Shown here piece by piece: positions 49,113 to 59,156 of a stretch of 64,000 bases of DNA. Source of the DNA: an uncultured Candidatus Saccharibacteria bacterium (GTDB lineage Bacteria; Patescibacteriota; Minisyncoccia; Phycocordibacterales; JAKAEA01). Each line of letters begins with the position of its first letter. Position 1 is the stretch's first letter. The stretch spans positions 49,962-113,961 of the forward strand of contig CAZHGQ010000001.1 in the NCBI GenBank assembly GCA_964532205.1. Reading direction: 5' to 3'. Below the pieces are notes generated by a model. That model did not search any database, had not been told where the DNA came from, and saw only the letters and a list, made by a program, of their open reading frames with translations. Made by a program: the position numbers and the translations under genes.

Positions 49113-49290
49113 ATTGCCTCTGCTCAAGTTGAAAATCCTGAGCAACACTTTTCATAAAACACTCTTCATGAGCCACACCGTTCGGCACCGGCCGAACATC
49201 GTCAGGATGACCACTTCCAATCTCCTTACCACAAATTTGGCAGATTGGAATCTGACATTCACCCTTAACAACACGTTCGTCTTCGCTCAT
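49111..49290 (-). CDS. small Cys-rich protein (59 aa; below the ORF-track cutoff)
   Basis: MSEDERVVKGECQIPICQICGKEIGSGHPDDVRPVPNGVAHEECFMKSVAQDFQLEQRQ with a perfect SD (AGGAGG 7 nt before ATG). The overlapping plus-strand 144-aa track ORF is likely spurious. Confidence 0.45.
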   Translation of the reverse strand: MSEDERVVKGECQIPICQICGKEIGSGHPDDVRPVPNGVAHEECFMKSVAQDFQLEQRQ

Positions 49291-49347
49291 AAAAACCTCC
49301 TGCCGCTAGCATACCACAAAAAAGCCACCGCGTGGTGGCTTTTTTGT

Positions 49348-49665
49348 TTATTTTACTGAGTCAATCTTAACTTTTACGAAAGGCTGGCGGTGGCCATTTT
49401 TCTTGAAATAGCGACTCTTCTGCTTGTACTTGATGACAGTCACCTTAGCTGCACGGCCAACTGCTTCTACCGTACCGCTCACTTTAGCACCCTTTACAGT
49501 CGGTGTACCAAGCGTAGTGTCCTTACCGTTATCAGTGAGCAAAACTTCGTCAAAACTCACAGCATCGCCCTTTTTAAGGCCATCTGAAAGCTTTTCTACA
49601 GTGATAACGTCGCCAACGGCTACCTTATACTGCTTGCCACCTGTTTTAATTACTGCAAATTCCAT
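49348..49665 (-). CDS. rplU: 50S ribosomal protein L21
   Basis: MEFAVIKTGGKQYKVAVGDVI... is canonical L21. Confidence 0.9.
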   Translation of the reverse strand: MEFAVIKTGGKQYKVAVGDVITVEKLSDGLKKGDAVSFDEVLLTDNGKDTTLGTPTVKGAKVSGTVEAVGRAAKVTVIKYKQKSRYFKKNGHRQPFVKVKIDSVK

Positions 49666-49710
49666 AGTGTTCCCTATTCTACCTATTTTGGCAAAAAAGG
49701 CAATAGCCCC

Positions 49711-50757
49711 TTATTCCTCGTCCTTTTCTGGCTTATCCAGGATTAGGTTCTCGACCTCTAGGCTATCACCGCCTATACGGACGATATCCTTATCGATTTT
49801 CTTATATTCCTTATGGGCAGCATTGTAGTGGTTTACTGTCGTAGAGAGGGCATTTCCGAGCTTAGAATGGTATTCCTGGTACATCTTGAGGTGTTTCTGA
49901 AGCTCACCAACATTCTTCACAATACCCTTCACCGATTCCTCTATTTGCATGGCTTTAAGGCCTTGAAGGACAGTCTGCAAGTAGGCCAAGAATGATGTCG
50001 GTGACACAATAATGACATGGTACTGGCTGGCAGCGCGCTGGATCAGGCTGTCTGTCTCCTCTTTCAAAGCGCCGATTTTATTGATCAATAAATCGTAGTA
50101 AATAGCTTCATGTGGGATAAACATGAAGGCAAAATCCATAGTATTTTCCTTTGGCTGAATATATTTCGACGTCTCAATGATGCGCGTCTTCAAATCATTA
50201 ACAAAGATCTTTTCCAAACGCTCTTTTTCAGCTGGTTCCTTGCATTCAATGATGCGGTTATAGTTTTCCAGAGAAAACTTTGAATCAACGGGAATGACTT
50301 TATCTTTCACAAAAACAGCTGCGTCGACAATTGTGCCATCTGTAAACGGATGCTGCATGCTGAAGCTGCCGGGCGGCAAGACATTTTTGAGCAGGGTTTC
50401 CAAATAGTATTCGCCAAGGATGCCACGCTGTTTAGGATTTTTCAAAATATCCTGTAATGACTGCAGTTGATCGGCAAATGATACAACCTGGCGATTTGTT
50501 TCATCGAGTTTAGTGAGCCCCTCTGTTACGTTACGGATAAGTTTTGATGACTCTGAAAATTGGGTGCGGACAGACTCATTCATCATCTTATTTGATTCAC
50601 TGAGCTTATGATCCATTGTCCGACCAAGTTCATTAATTTGTTGGAGTAATAGCTTAAGACCTGTTTCATCCTGCGGCGGCGTCTGTCTACTGTAGACCAA
50701 AAACATTGTCACCAGCACTGCCACAATAAGGATAAGAAGTAATATCGTAGTTATCAT
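49711..50757 (-). CDS. rmuC: DNA recombination protein RmuC
   Basis: N-terminal TM, coiled coil, RmuC C-terminal domain. Confidence 0.8.
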   Translation of the reverse strand: MITTILLLILIVAVLVTMFLVYSRQTPPQDETGLKLLLQQINELGRTMDHKLSESNKMMNESVRTQFSESSKLIRNVTEGLTKLDETNRQVVSFADQLQSLQDILKNPKQRGILGEYYLETLLKNVLPPGSFSMQHPFTDGTIVDAAVFVKDKVIPVDSKFSLENYNRIIECKEPAEKERLEKIFVNDLKTRIIETSKYIQPKENTMDFAFMFIPHEAIYYDLLINKIGALKEETDSLIQRAASQYHVIIVSPTSFLAYLQTVLQGLKAMQIEESVKGIVKNVGELQKHLKMYQEYHSKLGNALSTTVNHYNAAHKEYKKIDKDIVRIGGDSLEVENLILDKPEKDEE

Positions 50758-50811
50758 GAGGTCATTATAGCAAACTTTACTGGGGACAAAAAAACATTAT
50801 AATTACACATT

Positions 50812-51267
50812 ATGTCACTACAAACCACAATAAAAGAAGAGGTCAAGAATGCCATGAAGGCCAAGGATACACTTAAGCTCAATACGTTGCGTAACCTGAC
50901 TGCCGCCTTCACCAACGAACTCGTAGCTAAGGGTATGAAACCGCAGGAAGATGTGCCTGATGATATGGCTATCAACGTCATAAAACGCTACGTCAAACAG
51001 CGCAAGGATTCTATTGAGCAATTCGAAAAAGGTGGTCGCCAAGACTTAGTGGATTCAGAAAAAGTTGAATTGGCTATTGCCGAAGCTTATCTACCTGCTT
51101 CAATGTCAAAAGAAGATATTAAAAAAGTCGCTGAAGCAAAAAAGACTGAAATGAATGTGACTGACAAATCTAAGATGGGTATGCTCATCGGCGCTGTTTC
51201 TAAAGAGCTCAAGGGCCAGGCTGATGGTGCTGATATTAAAGAAGTGGTGGAAAGTTTGTTCGCTTAG
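50812..51267 (+). CDS. yqeY: GatB/YqeY-domain protein
   Basis: KEEVKNAMKAKDTLKLNTLRNL and the rest match the YqeY family. Confidence 0.8.
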   Translation: MSLQTTIKEEVKNAMKAKDTLKLNTLRNLTAAFTNELVAKGMKPQEDVPDDMAINVIKRYVKQRKDSIEQFEKGGRQDLVDSEKVELAIAEAYLPASMSKEDIKKVAEAKKTEMNVTDKSKMGMLIGAVSKELKGQADGADIKEVVESLFA

Positions 51268-51328
51268 ATCAAAATTTTTTATCTTTTCTTTAGGGAAATT
51301 TTAAAACTGCCATGTTACGCTCCGTGAC

Positions 51329-52516
51329 ATGGCAGTTTTACCTACCGTCAGTCTCAAACGAAAAAATGGCAGCGAAATTGTCGATGAAATTATTCATAAC
51401 GCCTTCAACCTGCACTGTTCTGATATCCACATAGACCCGACAACCACTGAAGTAATTGTTCGATTTCGGATTGATGGCCAACTGATTGTGTATCAAAAAT
51501 TTCAGATTGAATCACACCAAGAAGTTGTCGGCCGCATTAAGTCACTGACTAAATTACCAATTGACGAGCATCGCAAAACTCTCGATGGACGCTTTAAGTG
51601 TGTTTTGCGTGATCAACCAATTGATATTAGGGTGGCCATAACACCTAGTTACTATGGTGAGGCGGTTATTCTGCGATTACTTTATGATCTTCAATCCGTT
51701 CATACCCTGACAGAACTTGGTTTTGAAGCAGAAGATGAGAAATTATTATTTTCAAAACTAGAAAAATCAAGTGGCATGATTCTCATTACCGGGCCAACCG
51801 GTTCCGGTAAAACTACTACGCTCTACACACTTATTAAACAATTACGAACCCAACTGATTTCCATAATAAGTATTGAGGATCCAATCGAATATTCTTTGGC
51901 TGGTATTAGACAAATCCAAACAAATCCTAGTATTGGCCTAACATTTGCCAATGGTTTGCGGAGTATTTTACGACAGGATCCGGATGCAATAATTGTAGGT
52001 GAAATTCGCGATACGGAAACAGCTCAAATTGCCATTAACGCTGCCCTGACAGGTCACTTAATATTGTCATCACTACATACAGTTGATGCGGTTTCTTCCG
52101 TTACCCGTTTGGTGGATATGCACATTGAGCCATATTTAATCGCCTCGACCTTAACTGTTGTTGTGGCACAACGCTTAGTGAGAAAACTTTGCCAAAATTG
52201 TCGAAAAGATCTTACGCCCAATCATTATGTTAATTCCCTATTTTCAAAATATGAATTAGAAAAACCAACTATTATTTTCGAGGCCAACCCTAACGGCTGT
52301 GAACAGTGCACAAAGGGATATAAAGACAGGACAACTATATACGAGATTTTAGAGGTCGACAGCACTATCAGAACCCTTATTCAAACAAAGAAGAGTTTTG
52401 CCAACAAAATGAGTGTGGCCGATCCCCTGTTCGCTTCTGGTTTAAAAAAGGTGGCACTGGGTCTTACTTCAATGAGTGAACTAATGCGATTTAATAATGA
52501 AAATTTTACCGATTAA
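51329..52516 (+). CDS. pilB: type IV pilus assembly ATPase (GspE/PilB family, short form)
   Basis: Walker A GPTGSGKTTT, Asp/His boxes, C-terminal tetracysteine CQNC...CEQC. Confidence 0.8.
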   Translation: MAVLPTVSLKRKNGSEIVDEIIHNAFNLHCSDIHIDPTTTEVIVRFRIDGQLIVYQKFQIESHQEVVGRIKSLTKLPIDEHRKTLDGRFKCVLRDQPIDIRVAITPSYYGEAVILRLLYDLQSVHTLTELGFEAEDEKLLFSKLEKSSGMILITGPTGSGKTTTLYTLIKQLRTQLISIISIEDPIEYSLAGIRQIQTNPSIGLTFANGLRSILRQDPDAIIVGEIRDTETAQIAINAALTGHLILSSLHTVDAVSSVTRLVDMHIEPYLIASTLTVVVAQRLVRKLCQNCRKDLTPNHYVNSLFSKYELEKPTIIFEANPNGCEQCTKGYKDRTTIYEILEVDSTIRTLIQTKKSFANKMSVADPLFASGLKKVALGLTSMSELMRFNNENFTD

Positions 52517-53543
52517 AAAGCAATTACTATTTTTTGAGCGTTTAGCTCTACTTATTCGCTCAAATATAGATCTTTCTGAAGCGGTGCAATTTTTATCAGA
52601 ACACGAGTCAGACAAGGATCTTAAAAAGTTTTTAATAACTTTGCAGTATGGTTTAAACTCAGGCAAAACTATTGGTACTAGTTTACAAAATTCACCATGG
52701 ACAATCACCTCAAACACTGTGGATTTTATTGATTCAGCTTTGATAAATGGGTCACTCGAACAAACACTGGAAGGATTAATAACAGACCTGAGGCGAATCC
52801 AAGATTTAAAACATAAGATTGCCATTACACTTATATACCCAGTGATAATTTTATTGTTAACACTGGGCCTATGCACATTCTTACTACTTTTTGTAGTGCC
52901 AAACCTTGAACATCTTTTTTCTTCAATGCACACTACCTTACCTCTTATTACACGCTCTCTCATTCTTATTTCAAGATTCATCCGTTATCGCTGGTATGTT
53001 ATTTTTATTTTCATTTGTGCATTACTAGCTACTTACCGGCTTATTTTTACTGGCCACAGCGGCAGAAAACGTCTACAAACAGTTTTGATGCGAATACCGA
53101 AATTTAATACCGTGCTGAGAAAATATTATCTGTTGTCGTTTTTTAAAACCTTGCATTTATACTTTTCTCAGCATATTAGCCTTGAACAAAGTTTAACTGT
53201 TTCCGCCCAGCAAACATCAAGCATAGAGTTCAAGCGCACGATTCGCCTCATCAACGCCGATACTGTAACCGGAATATCGCTTGGCGAATCGTGCGCTAAG
53301 CACCCCAAATTTTTTGACAGCCTTACGTTGAATTTAATTCGTTCAGCCGAAAAAAGTGGTTCTCTACAAAATATTTTTCAACATTTGGCGGTAATGTTTG
53401 AAGCAGACATCCATAAAACTATTAAGCTATGGTCAACAATTACCGAGCCGTTGCTCATATCCATTATGGGTTTATGTGTCGGCACAATTGCCCTAGCAAT
53501 TATCTTACCAATGTACCAAATAACCCAGCACCTGAATGCATAG
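52497..53543 (+). CDS. pilC: type IV pilus platform protein (GspF/PilC family)
   Basis: Duplicated GspF domain architecture with 3 TM segments. Confidence 0.8.
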   Translation: MKILPIKKQLLFFERLALLIRSNIDLSEAVQFLSEHESDKDLKKFLITLQYGLNSGKTIGTSLQNSPWTITSNTVDFIDSALINGSLEQTLEGLITDLRRIQDLKHKIAITLIYPVIILLLTLGLCTFLLLFVVPNLEHLFSSMHTTLPLITRSLILISRFIRYRWYVIFIFICALLATYRLIFTGHSGRKRLQTVLMRIPKFNTVLRKYYLLSFFKTLHLYFSQHISLEQSLTVSAQQTSSIEFKRTIRLINADTVTGISLGESCAKHPKFFDSLTLNLIRSAEKSGSLQNIFQHLAVMFEADIHKTIKLWSTITEPLLISIMGLCVGTIALAIILPMYQITQHLNA

Positions 53544-54816
53544 ACGCGGCATGATATTAGTTGAGATGATCGTTGGTATTACACTATTCTCTCTTGTCTT
53601 GCTGATTACTCAGGTCGTGATCGGCCAGCACATATCTATTACCCAACTCAACACCTCGCTTCTGGAATCTGCACAGAGTTTAATTACAGCAATTAAAACA
53701 AAGTCAGGAACAGGTAGCGATGTTTCAATCACTAGATTTTTCTTTACACCCTGTTTATTTCAATCAACATTCCAGAGTCGTTATTCAGCGTTAAACCTAA
53801 ATAAAATATATTTTGATGATAGCGAAAATAATAAACGGTATAGCGACTGTCACGGGTATGCTTCACCTTTTAATACTCAGCATGTATCTATCACCTTTTT
53901 GCCGACACCGGTGATTACTCCGGCTTGGTTGGATACGGTTGGTCATTCAATTATCGTCGGTGGTCCCCAAGAAAATAATGCCACATCAACTGTCTATATT
54001 TTTTCCAAAAAAGAAGACGGTGGGTATCTTGCCACAACCCTTGACATGCCCGGCCTGATAAACCAGTTTGATGCCACGCCAAACTCTATTTCAATTGCCA
54101 AGGGTGTGCCCCACCAGTTATATACATTAAATCTGTCACCAGCACCTGGCTCACTTCCAAATAGCTTACCAAATGTATCGGGATCATATCCGGCCGGCCG
54201 CAGCATATTTGTTTACGATAATCATGTGTATGTTGGTACCCACCGTACCGCTGGTAATGAATTTCACATTTTCAAAAACCCCCAACAGCCGCAATGGCTA
54301 GGTTCTTTAGAAATTAATCACAACATCAATCAGATAAGCATTAAGAATACCACCGCTTACCTTGCCACCTCGGGTAACACCGATGACATAATTTTAGTCG
54401 ACATATCAGACCCTTCAGCTCCAAAAAAGATCGGCAGTATACAATTCCCCGGTACTGCAGATACCTTAACTGAATACGTTATTGGCAATACCTTATATGC
54501 CGGTCGACGTTCTAATAAGAAAAGCTCTGAACCAGAATTGATAGCCTGTGACATTAGTAGCACGAGTCCAGCAATTATTTCGAGCAAATATATCTCAAGT
54601 GATATTGTGGGTATTTTGGCCGAAGGTAACTATATATTCTTCATATCAAATTCAATAACAGGGCCATTTTTTGCGGTTTTATATGAAGATTCCGAACACA
54701 TGTTTTCCGAAATATACCGATATATCCTACCTGATATACCAACAGCAATTGATTATCAAAATACTACAGTTTATATAACTCTTAAAAATCATGAGGTTGC
54801 ACTATTTACCTTTTAG
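53536..54816 (+). CDS. large pilin-like / pseudopilin protein
   Basis: Prepilin-type N-terminus RRGMILVEMIVGITLF (G then E at +5) followed by about 400 aa. Confidence 0.55.
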   Translation: MHRRGMILVEMIVGITLFSLVLLITQVVIGQHISITQLNTSLLESAQSLITAIKTKSGTGSDVSITRFFFTPCLFQSTFQSRYSALNLNKIYFDDSENNKRYSDCHGYASPFNTQHVSITFLPTPVITPAWLDTVGHSIIVGGPQENNATSTVYIFSKKEDGGYLATTLDMPGLINQFDATPNSISIAKGVPHQLYTLNLSPAPGSLPNSLPNVSGSYPAGRSIFVYDNHVYVGTHRTAGNEFHIFKNPQQPQWLGSLEINHNINQISIKNTTAYLATSGNTDDIILVDISDPSAPKKIGSIQFPGTADTLTEYVIGNTLYAGRRSNKKSSEPELIACDISSTSPAIISSKYISSDIVGILAEGNYIFFISNSITGPFFAVLYEDSEHMFSEIYRYILPDIPTAIDYQNTTVYITLKNHEVALFTF

Positions 54817-54991
54817 ACTGCGTTCAACATTCGGTTTGAGTCTTATTGAAGTCTTGGTCTATATGACGGTTTTGAGCCTGTGCACACTATTACTTATTTC
54901 AGCACATGTTGATTTTATTCACTACAACTCAAGACTTAATACACAATTTGAATCAGGTCAGGAATTAATATTAAATCTTTACATGCAATGA
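54791..54991 (+). CDS. minor pilin-like protein
   Basis: FGLSLIEVLVYMTVLSL prepilin N-terminus. Confidence 0.5.
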   Translation: MRLHYLPFRLRSTFGLSLIEVLVYMTVLSLCTLLLISAHVDFIHYNSRLNTQFESGQELILNLYMQ

Positions 54992-55350
54992 AAAAGCGTG
55001 GTTTTGGCATACTCTTACAGGTGGTTTTGCTTTCAGCAATATCTGCATTTATTATCAGCCTGCAAAATGTAAATGTCATCAATTTCCAATTGCAAACACA
55101 ACGTGTTATTCATCGTATTACCAATCACCTGCGTGCTAGAAATTGCGCCGAGATACTTCGTTCACTTGTGGCCCAGAAGCTCACAGCAGAAATTGCTCAT
55201 ATTAACATGCCTGGATGCGAGATAAGAGATCTACAGACTTCAGCCACAACGCTTACTGCTCTTATTTTGATAAATGAAGACACTATTTCATTAGCAGTCA
55301 AAATCGATACTGATACGGGCATATTTACTAGTAGTATGTCTGAATATTAG
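54988..55350 (+). CDS. pilin-like protein (non-canonical, Gln at +6)
   Basis: KKRGFGILLQVVLLSAISAF. Confidence 0.4.
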   Translation: MKKRGFGILLQVVLLSAISAFIISLQNVNVINFQLQTQRVIHRITNHLRARNCAEILRSLVAQKLTAEIAHINMPGCEIRDLQTSATTLTALILINEDTISLAVKIDTDTGIFTSSMSEY

Positions 55351-56158
55351 CCACGTGTTGCTGGTACGTCTTTGCGGTATGAATTTGGCCATAGGCATCA
55401 TGCATATAAAAGAGGGCGCTGGTATTGGCCGGATTTAACGCTGCTTTTATAGCTTCTTCACCAGGGTTGGAAATTGGTGCTGGCGGCAAACCTTTATTCT
55501 TGTATGTATTAAATGGTGAATTAATTTTTTTGTCTTCAGGTTTTACCACAGGCCACCATTTACCATCCTGGCCTTTGGCATATTGCAATGTTGCATCAAT
55601 ATCCAAACTCATGCCCTGAAAAAGCCTGTTCCAAATGATTCCAGAAATTAATTTCATATCACTCTTGCCGCCTGCCTCTCGTTGAATAATTGAGGCAATT
55701 TTAATTATTGTATCGGTATTAATTATGCCTTCGCGAAGTTTTTTCTGACTATCAACAACTTCGCTTTTAAATTTTGAGACAATTTCGCGACTGACTTGTT
55801 CTGGTGTGGCTTTAACTGGTACAACATATGTTGTCGGAAAATAATACCCCTCACTTTTACCATTTAAAGCTAGTTTGTGGCTGGCTACCAATTGCTGCTT
55901 TTGAAGCTCTGACCAGCCCAAAGTTTTGGCAAAACGATCAACCACCTCCTCCTGTCTCATGCCCTCGTTTATCTTAACGTACCTAATGGTGGGGTTAGCC
56001 AAGTTTTGGTATATTTGCCAAAAAGCCAAGCCGGTGGCTTGCTGTTGACTAACGAAAAAGATAGCCAGACCAATAAAACAGAGTACTAACGGAATAGAAA
56101 TTGAGAATAAAGCTTTTTTCTTTTTTTTGAAAACCCGTCTATTAATCTGTTTCGGCAT
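55328..56158 (-). CDS. mltG: endolytic murein transglycosylase MltG (YceG family)
   Basis: N-terminal TM then a YceG domain with a conserved Glu region. Confidence 0.8.
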   Translation of the reverse strand: MPKQINRRVFKKKKKALFSISIPLVLCFIGLAIFFVSQQQATGLAFWQIYQNLANPTIRYVKINEGMRQEEVVDRFAKTLGWSELQKQQLVASHKLALNGKSEGYYFPTTYVVPVKATPEQVSREIVSKFKSEVVDSQKKLREGIINTDTIIKIASIIQREAGGKSDMKLISGIIWNRLFQGMSLDIDATLQYAKGQDGKWWPVVKPEDKKINSPFNTYKNKGLPPAPISNPGEEAIKAALNPANTSALFYMHDAYGQIHTAKTYQQHVANIQTYY

Positions 56159-56187
56159 TTTTTCATTATAACGTGTATTGAAACAAC

Positions 56188-56214
56188 AAAAAAGCGGCTA
56201 AAGCCGCTTTTTTG
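56188..56214. terminator. bidirectional terminator
   Basis: AAAAAAGCGGC-taaa-GCCGCTTTTTT. Confidence 0.7.
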
Positions 56215-56217
56215 TTG

Positions 56218-56661
56218 TTAACGGGTAATAGATATGGTCTGCCCAAGTTCCGCTGATGGCGCTGTCACGACAATCCGACGAGTATTTACATCCTGATTGA
56301 TTTTATAGCCGGTATTGTAAACCGTATCAGATGTAACTGAACCACTTGTTGGGTCTGTTGGAATTTCAGATAAATAATTTGGCACGAGACAGTTACGAAT
56401 ATTGTATGATTCAGAAGAAATTGCTGTTGCTTCAAATGGAATCTGACCAACAGCGCCACAAGTAAAGACACCTTTATTATCAGCAATGTTTTGGCCTATT
56501 GCGTTGAGTAAGGCCGTAATATTACTTACTCGTTGTGTATTTCGAGCTTGGGCAAATTGCCGAGCTGGATTAACCGCCACCAAAACTACCGCAGCTAAAA
56601 CAGCAATAATACCTATGACTACCAGAATTTCGATAAGTGTAAAACCTTTTTTATTGTTCAT
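56218..56661 (-). CDS. pilA: type IV major pilin (PilA-like)
   Basis: Canonical prepilin leader MNNKKGFTLIEILVVIGIIAVLAAV. Confidence 0.8.
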   Translation of the reverse strand: MNNKKGFTLIEILVVIGIIAVLAAVVLVAVNPARQFAQARNTQRVSNITALLNAIGQNIADNKGVFTCGAVGQIPFEATAISSESYNIRNCLVPNYLSEIPTDPTSGSVTSDTVYNTGYKINQDVNTRRIVVTAPSAELGQTISITR

Positions 56662-56721
56662 ATTATTAATTGCACGTGCAAAGATAGTAAAACATATTAG
56701 ATATCAAAAAATAATAAAATT

Positions 56722-56753
56722 AAAATAAAAGCCCCGCGCACGAAGTGCGCGGG
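56722..56753 (-). terminator. terminator of the ROK kinase gene
   Basis: CCCGCGCAC-ttcg-GTGCGCGGGG then CTTTTATTTT on the minus strand. Confidence 0.65.
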
Positions 56754-56760
56754 TCTGGTG

Positions 56761-57666
56761 TTATCGACTCATTTGCTTAAACAGCTCATAGCCGCCAAGG
56801 AATGAATCGGTATTTTTCTGACCATACAATGGCGGAGAATACCGGATAAACACATTATAAGCCCAGGTGGGATCAATGGGCATCTTTTCAGCAAGCATGT
56901 CGCAGAGATTGTAGATACGTGGAATCATAGCATTAGCAACCGTGCCTTTGAAGACAAACTCGGTGCAGTCTGTAATCACGATGAGCGTGGCCATAAAGCG
57001 CGCCAGGCCTTCGGCAAAATCCCGATAGATTTCCTTAGCCCACGGAGCATCCTCCAGATACTGAGCATCAAGAAACTTCATGGGGTGTATCCCATCAGGC
57101 AATATGCGACGCGCCACCTCCCTAACCCGCTGTTCGAGCGAGCGACCACCGATAATCGACTCAACACAGCCGCGAGCTCCGCAGGCGCAGTGCGGCGCAA
57201 ACCGACTGGAATCGATACAGAAATGACCGATCTCACCACGCTCGAAGGCCAGTGAGCCGTCAGCCTGTACAATACGCGCCCCGACCCCACTACTGATCGT
57301 CACCCCAATAAAGCGACGATTTTTCAGCTGTGGAATCAGTTTGCGCATGCCGAGGCAAGCGCCGTCCATGTCGTTAAATACAAATGCTTGTTTGTTAACT
57401 TCATGGAATGTCTCTGTGGCCAAATGCACGCGATTGAGCCAAGGTACATTTGGCGCCTTGATGATGAGATCGTGATTCTCGATAAGACCCGCAGTTACAT
57501 ACACCACACCCGAGCAGTCGCTGGGCATATCCTGCTTCACAAAAGACAGAAGATCGGACACACTGGCCGGTGTTGATTCAACAACAACCAGTTCTCCACC
57601 ATCAGTAACATCTGCGCGACGCGCGCCAGCGCCACCGATATCGATGACCCGAACTTTTTCACTCAT
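56761..57666 (-). CDS. ROK-family sugar kinase (glucokinase-like)
   Basis: ROK signature HCACGARGCVE plus an N-terminal ATPase fold VIDIGGAG. Confidence 0.75.
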   Translation of the reverse strand: MSEKVRVIDIGGAGARRADVTDGGELVVVESTPASVSDLLSFVKQDMPSDCSGVVYVTAGLIENHDLIIKAPNVPWLNRVHLATETFHEVNKQAFVFNDMDGACLGMRKLIPQLKNRRFIGVTISSGVGARIVQADGSLAFERGEIGHFCIDSSRFAPHCACGARGCVESIIGGRSLEQRVREVARRILPDGIHPMKFLDAQYLEDAPWAKEIYRDFAEGLARFMATLIVITDCTEFVFKGTVANAMIPRIYNLCDMLAEKMPIDPTWAYNVFIRYSPPLYGQKNTDSFLGGYELFKQMSR

Positions 57667-57743
57667 AAAGCCTCCACTAGTAAGAGATGTCAGAAAGCAA
57701 ATCTGGCTGTATATTGCAATATATATAAGTATAAGTCAAACGG

Positions 57744-57815
57744 TGACCTCACGGGGAATCGAACCCCGGTTTAAAGCTTGAGAAGCTTTCGTCCTAGCCG
57801 CTAGACGATGAGGCC
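57744..57815 (-). tRNA. tRNA-Glu (anticodon CUC), CCA not encoded
   Basis: Minus-strand cloverleaf: acceptor GGCCTCA/TGAGGTC, D-arm GTCT-AGCGGCTA-GGAC, anticodon stem AAAGC/GCTTT with loop TTCTCAA, T-arm CGGGG-TTCGATT-CCCCG, discriminator A then CCG. Confidence 0.75.
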
Positions 57816-57851
57816 AAATACATTGTGTTGCTATCCTACCATTATTCTGTA

Positions 57852-59147
57852 TTACTTCAAATGCTGACGAACCAAAAGCTCAGAAGCGTGGTCGGGGTGT
57901 TGCATCAGACTCTCGACAATTTTTTCCATACGCATTAAATTGCCACCCTTGACCAAAATCACATCGCCCGTTTTAACCGCATTAGCCAATAGCAAACCAA
58001 CTTCATCAACATTTTCAAATTGTAAGATTGCACCTTCGGGTAAGCCGGCATCGAGCGCACCTTCAGCAATGGCTCGAGCCCGCACACCGACAGTTACAAG
58101 TAACGTGGCCACGCCTTTAATCAAACCGCCAATATATTTGTGAGCCTCTATTGACTGTTTGCCTAAGTGCAACATATCACCGAAGATCACAATCTTACGT
58201 CCCAGTGCCCGCACATGAAGCAGTGTGGCCAAAGCTTGTTCACAACCGACAGGTGAAGAGCTGTACGAGTCATCGAGAATAAGGGTATTTTTTATGCCGG
58301 GGATGATGCGGAGGCGGCCGCGCGGCGGCTGGTATGACCCTAAAGCCTGAGCTACGGTCAAAGGCGACATCGACAACGAAACACCGACACTGAAGGCCGC
58401 CAGAATTGGATAAATATGATGTTGGCCCAATGCCCCCTGAACAGTAACCGCATAGTTTCCCCCACCATAATTAATTGTGCAACGTACTCCAATTGGAAAT
58501 TCAATTTCGGAATTTTCTAAAGGTCCATAAACAATTTCCTCTGTTGAAATATGAACAGCTTGTCGTGGTGATGTGCCAAAGACTAACAGCTTGTCATTAC
58601 CAACATCGGCCAGAGTCATTAAATCTTTATCGTCACCGTTTATGATGAGTACACCCTCTTTTTTCAGACTTGAAGCAATGTGCTTTTTTTCTTTCAACAA
58701 TTCTTCAGTCGACAAAAAGTATTCAATGCTTGAAGGAATTTTACCCAAACGGGTCATAACGACCATATCTGCTGAAAGCCATTTAGAAATTTTTTCCAAA
58801 ACACCTGGACGATAGGCACCAACCTCAATTATGAGCCACTGTGGAAATGTAATAGTGTAAAGAGAAAGAAAAAAACCTTCAATGATCTGTAGCAACCACA
58901 GAATAGGATTTTTATTATGACGTTTTAAACCCAAGACCGTCAGAGCAATGCCGAGCACGTCATTGGTATCATCTAAACTGCGTCGAACGGTGTAATTAGT
59001 TTTAAGGACCGATTCAATGGCAATAACTGTTGAGGTTTTACCGACAGAGCCATTCACTACCACAACCTTTGGTTGATACTTAGCTAAAACCCGGCGGGCC
59101 TCCCACACAAAAATGGTGGTGAGAATGTTTTTAAAAAATTCAATCAT
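57852..59147 (-). CDS. Mur ligase family protein (MurF-like, short N-terminus)
   Basis: P-loop VNGSVGKTST near the N-terminus, Mur ligase middle and C-terminal domains; sits downstream of ftsI in the dcw cluster. Confidence 0.65.
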   Translation of the reverse strand: MIEFFKNILTTIFVWEARRVLAKYQPKVVVVNGSVGKTSTVIAIESVLKTNYTVRRSLDDTNDVLGIALTVLGLKRHNKNPILWLLQIIEGFFLSLYTITFPQWLIIEVGAYRPGVLEKISKWLSADMVVMTRLGKIPSSIEYFLSTEELLKEKKHIASSLKKEGVLIINGDDKDLMTLADVGNDKLLVFGTSPRQAVHISTEEIVYGPLENSEIEFPIGVRCTINYGGGNYAVTVQGALGQHHIYPILAAFSVGVSLSMSPLTVAQALGSYQPPRGRLRIIPGIKNTLILDDSYSSSPVGCEQALATLLHVRALGRKIVIFGDMLHLGKQSIEAHKYIGGLIKGVATLLVTVGVRARAIAEGALDAGLPEGAILQFENVDEVGLLLANAVKTGDVILVKGGNLMRMEKIVESLMQHPDHASELLVRQHLK

Positions 59148-59156
59148 AGTATTTTT

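Noticed and set aside
48925-49359. Listed 144-aa plus-strand ORF
   Set aside because: It spans a bidirectional terminator and is antisense to a better-supported SD-preceded minus-strand gene.
52481-52981. 166-aa minus-strand ORF across the pilB/pilC junction
   Set aside because: Antisense to two well-supported genes.
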